NCBI RefSeq assembly: GCF_006345805.1 | Contig: NC_042997.1 | Location: 16,492,001 to 16,556,000, forward strand | DNA length: 64,000 bases | Source of the DNA: Octopus sinensis | Taxonomy: Eukaryota | Reading direction: 5' to 3' | Shown here: positions 49,520 through 62,303 of the stretch, one piece after another | Layout: each line of letters opens with the position of its first letter | How positions within the stretch are numbered: position 1 is the first letter of the stretch | The notes under the pieces: model-generated | The model's database searches: none | Told to the model about the DNA's origin: nothing | Seen by the model: only the letters and a program-made list of their open reading frames with translations | Program-made: the position numbers and the translations under genes

Positions 49520-50795
49520 TTGGTGGTAAGAAACAAGATCATGGAAGTGTGACTATTAGATGTTGCTGACTGAAGAACACAAGGATGATAGTGAAACAAC
49601 AGAGGAATCAACTACCAGAGACTGGTTTGGCTATGATTATTGAAGCTATTAAGGAGATGAAAGTAGAAAAAAGAAGCTGCTTGAAAAGACTGCTACTGAA
49701 ATGTAGGCAGCATAAGAATATATAGGTCACACGCTACTTACTTGCTTAGGCAATCAGGAAGAAGTTATTTCTAATGACTGCTGCAGAGGTCTTAGACTAA
49801 TGAACCATGTCTTAAAAGTAGCCAAGGAATTTTAGGAAGATTACTATGGAACAGAAGTAGCTTCAGTGAGATGCAGTTTGGGTTTTTGCTAGGATATGGA
49901 ACCATGGATGTCATATTTCTTGTGAAACTAGACATCTGTAAGAAAAGTTGTTAGCTATGAACAAATTATTCTGCTTTGTATTGATCTGTAGAAGGCTTTT
50001 GACTTCGTCTGGTGAGTGGTAAGGAAACTTGGGGTAGATGGGTAGTGCAAGAAAGCTATGTGGTCTCTTTAGGATGGTGGTTATTGCAAAATTCAGTCTG
50101 GCAGTGATTTCTGTGGGAATCTAGTATATAAGTAGTTGTTATCTGGACACTGTCCACATCCCTTGTCTATTTCTTCTATGTTATGATTTGAGGATCTTTC
50201 AAGCTGATAACACAGTCCACATCTCAGAATTTGTTGAAGCGATGCAGAAAAAAGATGCCAAACTTGGAAGTATAAGCTAGATTCCAAGGCCTATATTAGC
50301 CTACAGTCAAAGTGATGATGTTACTTTCTCTTCTTCATTCAGATATGAAAGACAAGAGATTGAAATGTTAAATTCTTCCTACACTTTGTGGTGATGAAAC
50401 TTAACAATTGAACTCTTCTGTGGATTGTCTTATCGGTTGGCAAAGATTAAAGTGTTAGTTTAAAAGTGAAAGTACATCTCGAAGTGTCTGTATTCAATGT
50501 TTAAGAAAGAGACAGATGGGGGTTCAATATCATGTGAGCTGATAGAATGGTTAAGCATTAAGGTAATCTGCTGGAGTGTGCAGGAACGATGATTGTACTA
50601 GTATGCACAATGTGTACTGAGTGAAAAAGGGCCAAGTAAAGAGCACACATGAAAGAAGATTAAAAAAAATATTGGGCAAAAGTTGTTAGGCCAGAGCTTA
50701 AAATGCTAGGCTTTTCAGAAGCTATAAGGAAAGACTGAGTTGGTAAACTTGTTCAACCCATACCAAACGGAAAAAAAAAAACAAGGGTTAAAATG
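49520..50795 (+). mobile_element. RTE-clade LINE, heavily decayed RT and C-terminus with (GAT)-like tail
   Basis: Hand translation gives RGLRLMNHVLKV, EMQFGFLLGYGTMDVIFLV, EKLLAMNK, KAFD, VRKLGVD, LSIKVICWSVQER*LY*YAQ and KKYWAKVVRPELKMLGF. The tail is caacccata...gttaaaatgatgttgatg. Confidence 0.85.
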
Positions 50796-51114
50796 ATGTT
50801 GATGTTGCATAGTACAGCTGATGAATGTAGCCTGGCATGAGATCTAGGATTTGATGCCATTGCATCTTGGGTGTCATGTATCATAGCAATGAACCATAGC
50901 CTTGATCAAAGTCTTGTAAATGGAAGCTATGTGGAAGCTCTTCTGATGGGTTGTACCTGTAATTGTCACTGTGTCTCATACTGATTCTGAATGAGAATTA
51001 TGTTGAGAGAGTACATGTGTCTGATTTATTCAGCACTTAATTCAATGAGCAGGTTACCAATGAAATTCTATTTTACCTGCCTCCTCCTCCTCCTCCTTCT
51101 CTTTTCTTCCCCCT

Positions 51115-51480
51115 CCAGATTGATTTTGTTCAGGCAGATTTCTTAGTGCTGGATACCCTTCCTGTGGCCACAACCCTTACTTGTTTCAAGCAAGGTAGTA
51201 TTTCCCCATGACTGGATATGTTTTCAGAGAAGATTAGAAGCAAATGATACTGCTTGTATGTCGGTGATACTTATTTACAACTAACACACAATGTCATGAC
51301 GAAGAGGCACACGCACTCACATAAATGGGCTTCTTTCAGTTTCCGTCTACCAAATCCACTCGTAAAGCTTTGATCAGTTCAGAGCTAAAGTTGAAGACAC
51401 TTGCTCAAGTGCCATGTAATGGAACTAAACCTAAAGCTACATGGTTAGGAAGCACACTTTTTAACCCCATAGCTATGCCT
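51115..51480 (-). mobile_element. Composite SINE: family A head (51325-51480) joined to family G body (51115-51310)
   Basis: The G body is followed, via a short CA tract, by gggcttctttcagtttccgtctaccaaatccact in the same orientation. Confidence 0.72.
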
Positions 51481-51658
51481 ATTCCTATCATTCTGATATT
51501 CATGTTGGTAGATTATTAAAGTTATATGTTGCTGGTTTTGTTTTTTCCTAGCCAGCTTTAATTGAGGAAACGTATGATCAAAAGCATTCTAGCTGCGGCT
51601 ATTTTGACTTGTCTGATAGTATCTTCCAACAATATTATCCAATATGCCTGTCCTTTAA

Positions 51659-51872
51659 CCCTTTAGCATTCAGATTACTCTATCAAATGCTCTGCTTGCT
51701 TATTCACATTGCTTTGAATTAACCATCTCGTAGCTAAGACATTTTCATGATGTGATTATTTACTTTTTGAAAGTCATTGTAGGTTAGGTGTGAGAGGCTA
51801 GATCTGGCCAGTTTTAACATAAAAACTGGTAGAATATTTAGGCCGGATATGGCCGGTTTGAATGCTAAAGGA
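51659..51872. mobile_element. piggyBac-type MITE (family I), best copy, nested in family F
   Basis: TTAA TSDs at 51655-51658 and 51873-51876; TIRs ccctttagcattca and tgaatgctaaagga. Confidence 0.9.
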
Positions 51873-52614
51873 TTAAGACAGTAGTGTAATTTGAGAAAGA
51901 TTTAGCTACTATTTCTAGCAGGTCAAATGACCGCATAGAAGCTCCATGTTCTCTCAGTATGTTCTTTTACAGTTGAATGCTTCTCTAAAGTGCCAAACCC
52001 AGTAAGACTAGTTTGTATTTTCTCAGTCTTAGCTCCTGTAGACATAAGTAAACAAACAGCGGCCAACTATTTAGAATTAATTTTTAGTTTAGGGATTATT
52101 TTGCTTTTTTAATTGTACTATCATAACATTATAGAAACAATCACCATAAATATCAATAAACACTGGTCTTTAACGATGTGGTTTTCAATTAATCTTCATC
52201 TCCAATGTTTTCTTAGACCATATTTTTGGTGTATATGTTTCCATATTGGCAAAGATTTGGGGGGAAAACCTACAAATTTTCGGCATTTTGAAAATTGTAG
52301 GAGTAGGTAACAGCAACATGTTTTTACAGCTGGATTCACTTTTTAGTGTAAACTTTTTCGTTTTGAAATGGGTTTTGATGTATAATTTTCTTCTCGAGGT
52401 AGACTCTGTGTACTTAGACTAAGCCTTACTCTGCTTCAGTTGTTGTTGTTTATTCGATATTTAGGCTCTGCTTCAGCAAATCTATGGCAGCCCTCCCAAA
52501 AATATCTAGAGCAATTTAGCTTCACACCTTTTAAACTTCCTTTCACACATATGCATGCACATGCACTTACACACACACAGATACACATATACATTCCATT
52601 TTGGTTGTATGTGA

Positions 52615-52658
<44 letters not shown>

Positions 52659-52704
52659 TTCTGTTTTAGTTTCAGGTGCAAATCTATGAAGCCAACCAAT
52701 GATC

Positions 52705-52894
52705 AAAGATGTAGCCTTGGGGGAACCATCTTGTTTTTATTTCAGACTATGGCGTTAGGAAGGGCATCCAGCCGTAGAAACATTGCCAGATCAGACTGGG
52801 CCTGGTGCAGCCTTCTGGCTTCCCAGACCCCAGTTGAACTGTCCAACCCATGCTAGCATGGAAAGCGGATGCTGAACGATGATGATGATGATGA
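52705..52894 (+). mobile_element. SINE-like family C, 3' half
   Basis: ggcgttaggaagggcatccagccgtagaaac...(GAT)n. Confidence 0.88.
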
Positions 52895-53909
52895 AAGAGT
52901 CAATATTATTGAACATTAGTGCTAGGTGTTCAGGGATATGAAGCTTGTACAGTTTTATGTATGTGAATCAATTGTTTCACAGATCATTGTCATTATCATT
53001 GTATGTCCATTTTCCCATGCTGACATGCACTGGATGTGTCTCAATGTCTCACTGTCCACCAAGATCTTTTATTTTACCACTTGTTACCATTTTTAATCTC
53101 ACCACTCATGATGATCCTTTGTCATTTGACATAAAAACAGAGGAAAACTGGCTAACCTTGTTGTGTTGTTATTCTGGGCACGGTTTTCACAGCTGGATGC
53201 CTTCCAAACACAGAACGGTATAATCCCCTGACAAGTCAAAAGATTATACTTATTAAAGCCCTTTGCTTGCTATGGAGCACAGACCATTGACAACTTTTCT
53301 CCAGTGTTCTTAACTGAACTATCAGGGCCACTCCTGCAGTATAGACAGGGAGCACCTTCATCTGTGTTCCTGGAGATGTTTCCTTAAGGGAATATCATCA
53401 GTGCATCTGTAACTGCTTTTTTTCTGCATATGAGTGTTGGCCCTATGCAAACCCATTTTTACCTCTGGTAAGAAGTGATCCATATTAATCTGTCCTCTGT
53501 ACTTTGACTTGTTCAGCATGGGAGGCCTAGCTGGAGCTTATGTTACACAGACATAGCTCTCAGAGGTCATTGAAGCACACAAGCTAGCACAACCACAATG
53601 ACTAGACCTTGCAATAGGTATACTCAACCTCCAAAGAGCATGAGTCTTTCAGGAAATAAGGCAGAAGTTCATAACTGATTCAGTTATAATGCCAGGTTTT
53701 TAAATTTTATTTTCTAATCAGTCAGTAGATATAACTAAGGTTTTAAATGTCTTTATATCACTGATGGTGAAGCAGTTGGAGTAGGAGCATTTGCCCAAGG
53801 GTTAATGGATTAAAGGACTGTTGATGATAGAATCTAATCTATGCAGGGTATTTTCATGTCAGATTCTTAATAAAATGCAAAGAAAACAAAAACAAAGTAA
53901 CTGGGATCT

Positions 53910-54265
53910 TCTTTTATCCTTTACTTGCTTCAGTCATTGCCTGCAGCCATGCTGGGGCAATGCCTTGAAATGTTAGTCAAACAAATAAACCCCAGTACTT
54001 AGCTTTTAAGTCTGCTACTTATTCCTTCAGTCTCCTTTGACGAACTGCTAAGTTATGGGAATGTAAATGAACCAACACTGATTATCAAGCAGTGGTGAGG
54101 GATAACAAACACAATGGGCTTTCATACAATTTCTGTCTACTAAATTCACTCTGAAGGCATTGGTTGGCCTGGGGCTATAATAAGAGACGCATGCTGTTGG
54201 TGCCATGAAGTGGGACTGAACCCATAACCATGTGGTTGCAAAGTGAGCTGCTTAACCACACAACC
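53910..54265 (-). mobile_element. SINE family A, old
   Basis: Degraded motifs in reverse orientation. Confidence 0.68.
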
Positions 54266-54904
54266 AGGGTTATGACTTCAATGCCTTTCATCATAAGTCC
54301 GCTGAATTGGGATTAGCCTGAAGCTAAACAACACCACTTTCATTAAAACACTTTATTTTCATGACTTAATTCATTATTTTTTGACGTATCTTTTCCCTTT
54401 CCTACCCCACCCACCATGTTTAATCTCATCCAAAATAAGATACCCTACTCTGAAATCCCTTTATAGCATTTTGTTGCTGAGATAAGATTGAATTTGCATT
54501 GCTGATTACCTAATTTAATGTTTATATAATAATTAACTCTTACACTGATTGATAGATTGACTGGTTAATTGAACCCCCCCCCCGCCACTGCTGTCACCAC
54601 TACCACTACTGCAGCTGCTGCTGCCACCACCACCACCACCACATTACACTACTTTTTTTATATTTCATTTATGTAATATTTTCCGCTAGTTCATTGGATC
54701 ATCTCTGAATGAAATGTAAATTTTTTTGATTGTCCAACTTAAATCATCACAAACTGATTACAAAACTTATTAATGCTTCATAAAATGTTATTTCTATTTC
54801 TTGTTTTAATCAATCATTTATTATTTTGTTTGCTCATTAACCCATTTGTTACCTTATATCCTATGTGTGTCATTATTTAAAATTTTAGACGTGTTGAGTA
54901 AAAT

Positions 54905-55225
54905 ATGTGTAACTTATGGCTATGTAGTAACAAGCTTGCTTCCCAGCTATGTAGTTGCAGGTTCAGTTTCACAGCATGACTTCTTGGGTCTTTTGTTATA
55001 GCCTCAGACTAACCAAAGCCTTGTGCATGGATTCTGTAAATGGAAACTGAAAGAAGCCCATTGTGTATATGTGTGTGTGTGTTGCCTCCACCTAACAATC
55101 TGTGTTGTAAGTGAGCGGTTTGGCAAAAAGGGATAAATAAGTACCAGACCTGATTTGTTTGACTATACTCTTCAAGGTGGTACTCCAACATGACCACAAT
55201 CCAATGACTGAAACAAGTACAAAAT
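54905..55225 (+). mobile_element. SINE family A, old
   Basis: Degraded head, body and tail. Confidence 0.68.
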
Positions 55226-56277
55226 GCAAAGATACATCAACCCATTGTTCAGAACATAACTTTATAAAAGACATATGCAAGGAATCTCATAATCTCAAAT
55301 TATCCTTCATGAAATAGAAATATTTTGGTTGATATTTTATATTGATCACTCACATAACTCTGATAGAATTCTTTGTACAAGTTGATTTACAAAGCTAGTA
55401 AACGCATGTAAAACTTCTTTTCATTTTGCAGTCATTATTTTAACAATTTTTTCTTTTATAAAATATTGTTTTGTATTTTGAATTACATTTACAAAAATAG
55501 AATTGTTAAAATATGAACTCAAATTTTTCATGATTGAATATGGAATTTTGGAAAACTATTATTGAATTTTAATATAGTCAGCAGATTGTTGATGCATTTG
55601 TTGTTTAGATACAAGTTGGTTCTGCTTTAGCAGAGTCATGATCAAAAGCATTCTAACTATGACCATCCCATCTTCCTTTTTTTTTAGAATTATTATTTAG
55701 AACTACTCTATCTGATATGTTCTTCTCTTTCTTTTAAAATGACAAGGTATGATTTGACAGAGATTTAGCTGCTATGTCTAGTCTGTTCAGGGATCACTTA
55801 AATGGTTCCTCATTTGATTATTAGAGAAATGTCATGTTCTGTAACCTTGAGTTGCTCCATATCTTGTGAGTGATATTGGCTAGATGGAAATTACATGGAA
55901 GTCTGCCAGTTGGATTGTACTTGTCATTCAAAGGATCAGCTTTATGATACAGTGTCATAATGATTCCTCCTGAGAAATATTACATCAAGAGTACACATCT
56001 CTGTGAAATACTCAGTCACTCACGGACAAATTCAATGGACATGAGAGCTCAGTTGACTGGACAACTAAACACTCCTGGTTAAAAATTCTGACCAAGATCC
56101 ATGTGTGCATATACCCCCGCCATACACAGATGTACACAGAATAACATTCTGACTCAGCCCCATATAAGTTACAAAGTTAGAGTTTTGTAGGTTTGTAGGA
56201 CATGTCCATCTCTTCAGATGCTATGAGCAGAGTCATGTGGAGCTGAGTAAAACTTATTAAAAAATGAATAAATAATA

Positions 56278-56530
56278 ATCATCATCATCATCATCGTTTA
56301 ATGTCTGTTTTCTATGCTAGCATGGGTTGGACGGTTCGACCAGGGTCTGGGAAGCCAGGAGGCTACACCAGGCTCCAGTCTGATCTGGCAGTGTTTCTAC
56401 AGCTGGATGCCCTTCCTAACGCCAACCACTCCGTGAGTGTAGTGGGTGCTTTTTACGTGCAACCGGCACAGAGCCAGAGGAGGCTGGCAAACGGCCACGA
56501 TCGGTTGGTGCTTTTTACGTGTCACTGACA
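56278..56530 (-). mobile_element. SINE-like family C
   Basis: Close to the 6178 copy. Confidence 0.88.
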
Positions 56531-56590
56531 TGGATCTCCTACCAAATATATTAAGTGCTACCTTCTTTCATTTGTTTGCTCACTCGTGTT

Positions 56591-56621
<31 letters not shown>

Positions 56622-56892
56622 GTGGAGGCACAATGGCCTAGTGGTTAGGGCAGCTGACTCGCGGTCGCAGGATCGCGGTTTTGATTCCCAGACCGGGCGT
56701 TGTGAGTGTTTATTGAGCGAAAACGCCTAAAGCTCCACGAGGCTCCGGCAGGGGGTGGTGATCCCTGCTGTACTCTTTCACCACTCTTTCTTCTGTTGGC
56801 CTGCTCGCTTAGCCAGCGGGGTGGTGTCATTCGAAGGCTAAAACAATGCGAACGCATTGTGACCAGCGATGTGTAACAACATCTGATGGTCT
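56622..56892 (+). mobile_element. tRNA-derived SINE family D, lacking the E-box tail
   Basis: Aligns with 48333-48615 and sits in a TA/CA microsatellite. Confidence 0.9.
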
Positions 56893-56914
56893 CAAAAAAT
56901 ATATACATATATGT

Positions 56915-56973
<59 letters not shown>

Positions 56974-57194
56974 TCCAAAATGAGAGAGTGGAACAGGTAA
57001 AATCCAGGCTACCTATGTTTCTTTACTCGTTGATCCTCCGATGTAATAATTAATCAATAAGGAGTACTCAGCTAGATGCTAATCATGAGCTATATTGAAA
57101 CTTTCAGCTTATTGAATTTCCTCATTCAAATTCAGTATGGCAAAAAGTGTGTAACCTTCAATGCCAATAAATTGTTATTATTCCTGATCATATG

Positions 57195-57359
57195 GGCGCA
57201 GGAGTGGCTGTGTGGTAAGTAGCTTGCTTACCAACCACATGGTTCCGGGTTCAGTCCCACTGCGTGTCACCTTGGGCAAGTGTCTTCTACTATAGCCTCG
57301 GGCCGACCAAAGCCTTGTGAGTGGATTTGGTAGACGGAAACTGAAAGAAGCCCGTCGTA

Positions 57360-57398
<39 letters not shown>

Positions 57399-57609
57399 TT
57401 GTGTGTCTGTGTTTGTCCCCCTAGCATTGCTTGACAACCGATGCTGGTGTGCTTATGTCCCTGTTACTTAGCGGTTCGGCAAAAGAGACCGATAGAATAA
57501 GTACTGGGCTTACAAAAGAATAAGTCCCGGGGTCGAGTTGCTCGATTAAAGGCGGTGCTCCAGCATGGCCGCAGTCAAATGACTGAAACAAGTAAAAGAG
57601 TAAAGAGTA
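57195..57609 (+). mobile_element. SINE family A, full length and young
   Basis: Complete from ggcgcaggagtggctg to gtaaaagagtaaagag, with CpGs retained. Confidence 0.94.
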
Positions 57610-58066
57610 TATACTGTTCACTTTTTGTTTTCTATACTTGCCACAGACTGCTTGAAGCTTACAAACTTCCTACACTTGGATCCCTGGATTTTACCCTTAC
57701 ATGTACATATATGTGCATATATACATGTGTGTGTGAGAGACATGCAACATAAAGAACATTGCCTTCATCAGTTGTTCCCTATTTTATCTACTCCACGGAA
57801 GGGAATGTTCTTTATGTTACATGTCTCGTTTCTCTGTTTTTTTTTGTTGTTCGAAAGAAAAGTTCGTTTTCTATGTTTTTTTTTGTATTTTTATGTTCTT
57901 GTTTCTCATTCTGTCTACATTTTTTTTATGTCCTGTACCCATATATGCATGTATATATACATATATATGTAGGTATGTACATATATGTATGTATATATTC
58001 ATATATTTATATATTATTTATATTGTTATGTGATTGAACACCACACATCCTTTTCTAAGAAATGTG

Positions 58067-58124
<58 letters not shown>

Positions 58125-59164
58125 TGTGTATATATATGCATATATGTATGTTTATATATATGTGTGTGTGTATATGCTTAAAAGATTCAAACTTAGATTC
58201 TGATGTCTTTACAGGGGGATCATTCCACTTGGTGAAGAAAGGCTATAAGAAGAATCAGGTTGAGTGGGTACAGAAGCAATTAATGGGATAGGCAATAATT
58301 TTCTTATGCCAATAATTGCTTATATATATATATATATATATATAATATATTCATGTGTGTGAAAGGGAGAGTATGTGTTTATACACGAACGCGTAATAAA
58401 ATTATGAAAGTCGTTCTGTTTGTCAGTTAACACATAACCGCGATAGATAATTTGTAACGATACACATTCTGAATAATGTGAAGAGGCAAGCTTCTTGAGA
58501 CGTGGAGTGTATTTGTTTAAGTGCCTCTTAATATATATCATTACAACAGTTTATCTATAATAGATGGTCAAAAATTGAACTTGCAAGAGCTTGATTTTTT
58601 AGTTTTTGATGTTTTTTGTTTTTTTTGCTGACATGTAAAAAATCAAAAAAAAAAAAATCAATAGACTGTAGGCTATATAAAAATACTAAAAGAAAAGGAA
58701 AAGAAAATACTGGCAATATAACCCACTGAAGTATTTCATTGAAAATCTCAGCAGTAACAGTGTATAGATGAATTATCTAAGCTATTTTATCTTCTGCTTC
58801 ATAAAATTTCCAGTGCTGTATCATGTTCTGTATGAGAACTTTATATTTTTTGTGTTGTAACATGACGCTGGTTATCAGTTTACCCTTCCTTCACATCTGT
58901 TAATGAACATTGAACTCAAGTTACCTATTGTCTTCTTTAAAATATATGTGTTGGCATACTGTATACTTTGTGATATATGAGCATTTAAAAAGAATATCTC
59001 CTTTTATAGCATGTATTTTTACCTCATGTAAGTTAGTGAAAAAACAAAAGCTAAATGAATTAATGTTTTTGTGTAATATATTGATTTGGGTTTAAAACAC
59101 TGGATATAGTATGGTCGAGTGTCACATATGTAATAATGTAAGTTAAAACCTTTAATTGATTGTG

Positions 59165-59252
59165 ATTATCCAAGAAATAGCTTGGATAATAATGGCTATT
59201 ATCCAAGAAATAGCCAAGAAAAATCTCTCTCTCTGAGAGAGAGAGATTTTTC
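59165..59252. repeat. Cluster of overlapping direct and inverted repeats
   Basis: 17-bp direct repeat, 10-bp and 8-bp hairpins, and a 17-bp perfect inverted repeat with a 1-nt spacer (details in findings). Confidence 0.9.
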
Positions 59253-59756
59253 AGTTTTCATCAATAAGTTCACTCACAAATTTTTGGCTGACCTGAAGTT
59301 ATAGAAGAAGGAATTTGCTCAAAGTACCCCGTTAATTGAAATTTTTGGATGGTTTGGCCAATGCAAATTGAAATAGATTTGATCTTTAATGCCTACTAGT
59401 GAATGTAACAGATATGTTTTGGTCTTATTAAACCACTTTAGCGAAGGAAATTTACTTCAAAAGTAAGAACAATCAGTATATTTATACAATTAGAGAAACG
59501 AGAATGTAATGAAGCTGATTATGAATGCATGTAATATACTGACTTGAGATTAAGCAATGAGTATGTAAGTACTCCCTCAAAGAGTGGTTTAAGATGTAAA
59601 AAAAATGTGTGAGAGATAGCTATAATGAAATCAGTTGATCAAAATGTCTGGACTGGATCTGGTCTTTAAAATTAATTGCAGAAAGCGGCAAACATAGTTT
59701 TGTTTTATTTAAACCTCCTTAGCAAAGTATATCCTACCCAGGTGTGGGGTGTGTGT

Positions 59757-59796
<40 letters not shown>

Positions 59797-60860
59797 CAGA
59801 TGTGGCTGAGTGGTAAAAAGTTTGCTTCCTAGCCACACGGTTCTGGGTTCAGTCTCACTGCATGAAACCTTGGGCAAGTGTCTTCTACTATAGTCTCAAA
59901 ACAAACCAAAGCTTTGTGGATTTTGTAGATGGAAACTGAAAGAAGCCTTTTGTGTGTATGTATATATATTTGTGCCTTTGTCCCACACCAATGCTTGCAA
60001 TTGGTGTTGGTGCATTTATGTCTCTGTAACTTTGTGGTTTGGCAAAAAAAAAAAAAAGGTCAATAGAATAATTACCAGGTTTAAAAAAAATGTACTGATA
60101 TTAATTCATTCAACTAAAATTCTTCAAGGCAATGCCCCACAGTTTAGTGAGTGAAAGTTGAACTAAAAACGTGTGTGTGTGTGGTGTGTGTGTGTGTGTG
60201 TGTGTGTGTGTAAGGTACAGGTGTGGTCATGTTCTTAAGACACCTGCTTCCCATCCACATGCTTTTAGGTTCAGTCACACTTTGAGCAAGTGCTTTCTAC
60301 TATAGATGGGCTTTTTTCAGTTTCCATCTAACAAATTCATTCATAAGGCTTTGGTTGCCCTGGGATGTAATAGGAAAAGCTTACCCAAGGTGCTGTGCAG
60401 TGGAAATGAACTTGAAACCATGTGGTTGGGAAACAAACGTTTTGACTACAAAACCATGTTCTAAACAAAACTGGTTTCATTTGGCTAAATAGATTCTTTT
60501 ATTTGTTTCAGTCATTGACTGCGGCCATGCTGGAGCACCACCTTGAAGGGTTTTAGTCGAACAAGTTGATCCCAGGACTTATTTTTTTAAGCCTAGTACT
60601 TATTCTATCAGTCTCTTTTGCTGATTTGCTAAGTTACAGGGATGTAAACACAAACACATATATAGATCACACACATACACATATATACACACACGCGATG
60701 GGCTTCTTTCAGTTTTCATCTGCCAGATCCTCTCACAAAACTTTGGTTAGCTTGAGGCTATAGTAGAAGACACTTGCCAAAGGTGCCACACAGTGGGACT
60801 GAACCCAGAACCATGCAGTTGGGAAGCAAGCTTCTTACTACACATCCATGCCTGCACCTA
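59797..60860. mobile_element. Cluster of four family A copies in mixed orientation (+59797-60130, +60205-60300, -60305-60450, -60490-60860)
   Basis: Head and tail motifs are recognisable in each. Confidence 0.72.
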
Positions 60861-61896
60861 GATAGAGAGCTTTTTTTTTTCTTTATATGTATATCAATCA
60901 GTACAAGAAAAATATAGAATGAGTGGATTAGGTTCTAATCTATTAGTTCTAATCACAAATACTTGATATGATTTGTATGATATGATTTAATGCTGTGGAT
61001 ACTGTGCTGTGACCTTGGAGAAAGTCACTTAATATTACTTGTCTTGATTTGCCTTGGTAGGAAAATAAATAATTATGCTATTTCAGTAGTTAATCTGTAA
61101 TTGGCTAACATTCTATCTATACAAAGTTTGATTGATCTGACATGAACTTAAGGCTATTAATCAACCTATAAGTTCCAATGAAAAAGAGTCATTATGCAGA
61201 GATAGCCATAAGTGACTCAGTTGAAGGGTTGGTGGTTGGCGTTCTGTCATAGAATGTAAACTGTGTTGCACTTTACTGTTCCTTAGACTAGACATTTAAG
61301 TCTAAACTACCCTGTTGGTATTGTTGTCTCATCTTCTAGACTAATGATCTAAAGGCATTCTGTGACCATCCCATTTGCTTTGTTTATAGGATACAGAATA
61401 TCTAAGACCACATTATCCTGTGTATCCTACTCATTTTTAAAGATAGTTGAGTGTGATTTGTTGTTATTTCTAGCAAATTCACTGGTTACATAAATGTCCC
61501 CTCATTGGTTTATAAACTACACTGTTAACTGGCAAGTTCTTCATTAGCTTTCAGTGATAAATGAATTTAAGTTCTCTTAGGAGCTAAATTATCCAGGAGT
61601 ATGAGATGTCTTATAATTTGCTTCATATCTTGGAAACTTAAATAAGTACCACAAATAGTTGTTATTTTTAGTACTGTGAAGGATGGTGGGTAGCAAAATG
61701 AAAAGTGTTTGACAAACTGACTTGCAATATTTCATTACAAGTTTTTGTTTTATGTTCAAATCTTGTTGAGATCGCCTTTGTCTTTTACCTCTCCAGAGTT
61801 GATAAAATAAGCAGGCAGTAATGGACTGGGGTTAGTTCAGTTGACTATATTTCGTTGCTTTGTAACGAAGTTAGAAATCATTATCAAAACTCTATA

Positions 61897-62303
61897 TACT
61901 CTTTTTACTCTTTTACTTGTTTCAGTCATTTGACTGCGGCCATGCTGGAGCACCGCCTTTAATCGAGCAACTCGACCCCGGGACTTATTCTTTTGTAAGC
62001 CCAGTACTTATTCTATCGGTCTCTTTTTGCCGAACCGCTATGTAACGGGGACATAAACACACCAGCATCGGTTGTCAAGCAATGCTAGGGGGACAAACAC
62101 AGACACACAAACACACACACACATATATACATATACATATATACGACGGGCTTCTTTCAGTTTCCGTCTACCGAATCCACTCACAAGGCTTTGGTCGGCC
62201 CGAGGCTATAGTAGAAGACACTTGCCCAAGATGCCACGCAGTGGGACTGAACCCGGAACCATCTGGTTGGTTAGCAAGCTACTTACCACACAGCCACTCC
62301 TAT
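61897..62303 (-). mobile_element. SINE family A, full length and young
   Basis: Near-identical reverse complement of 57195-57609. Confidence 0.94.
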
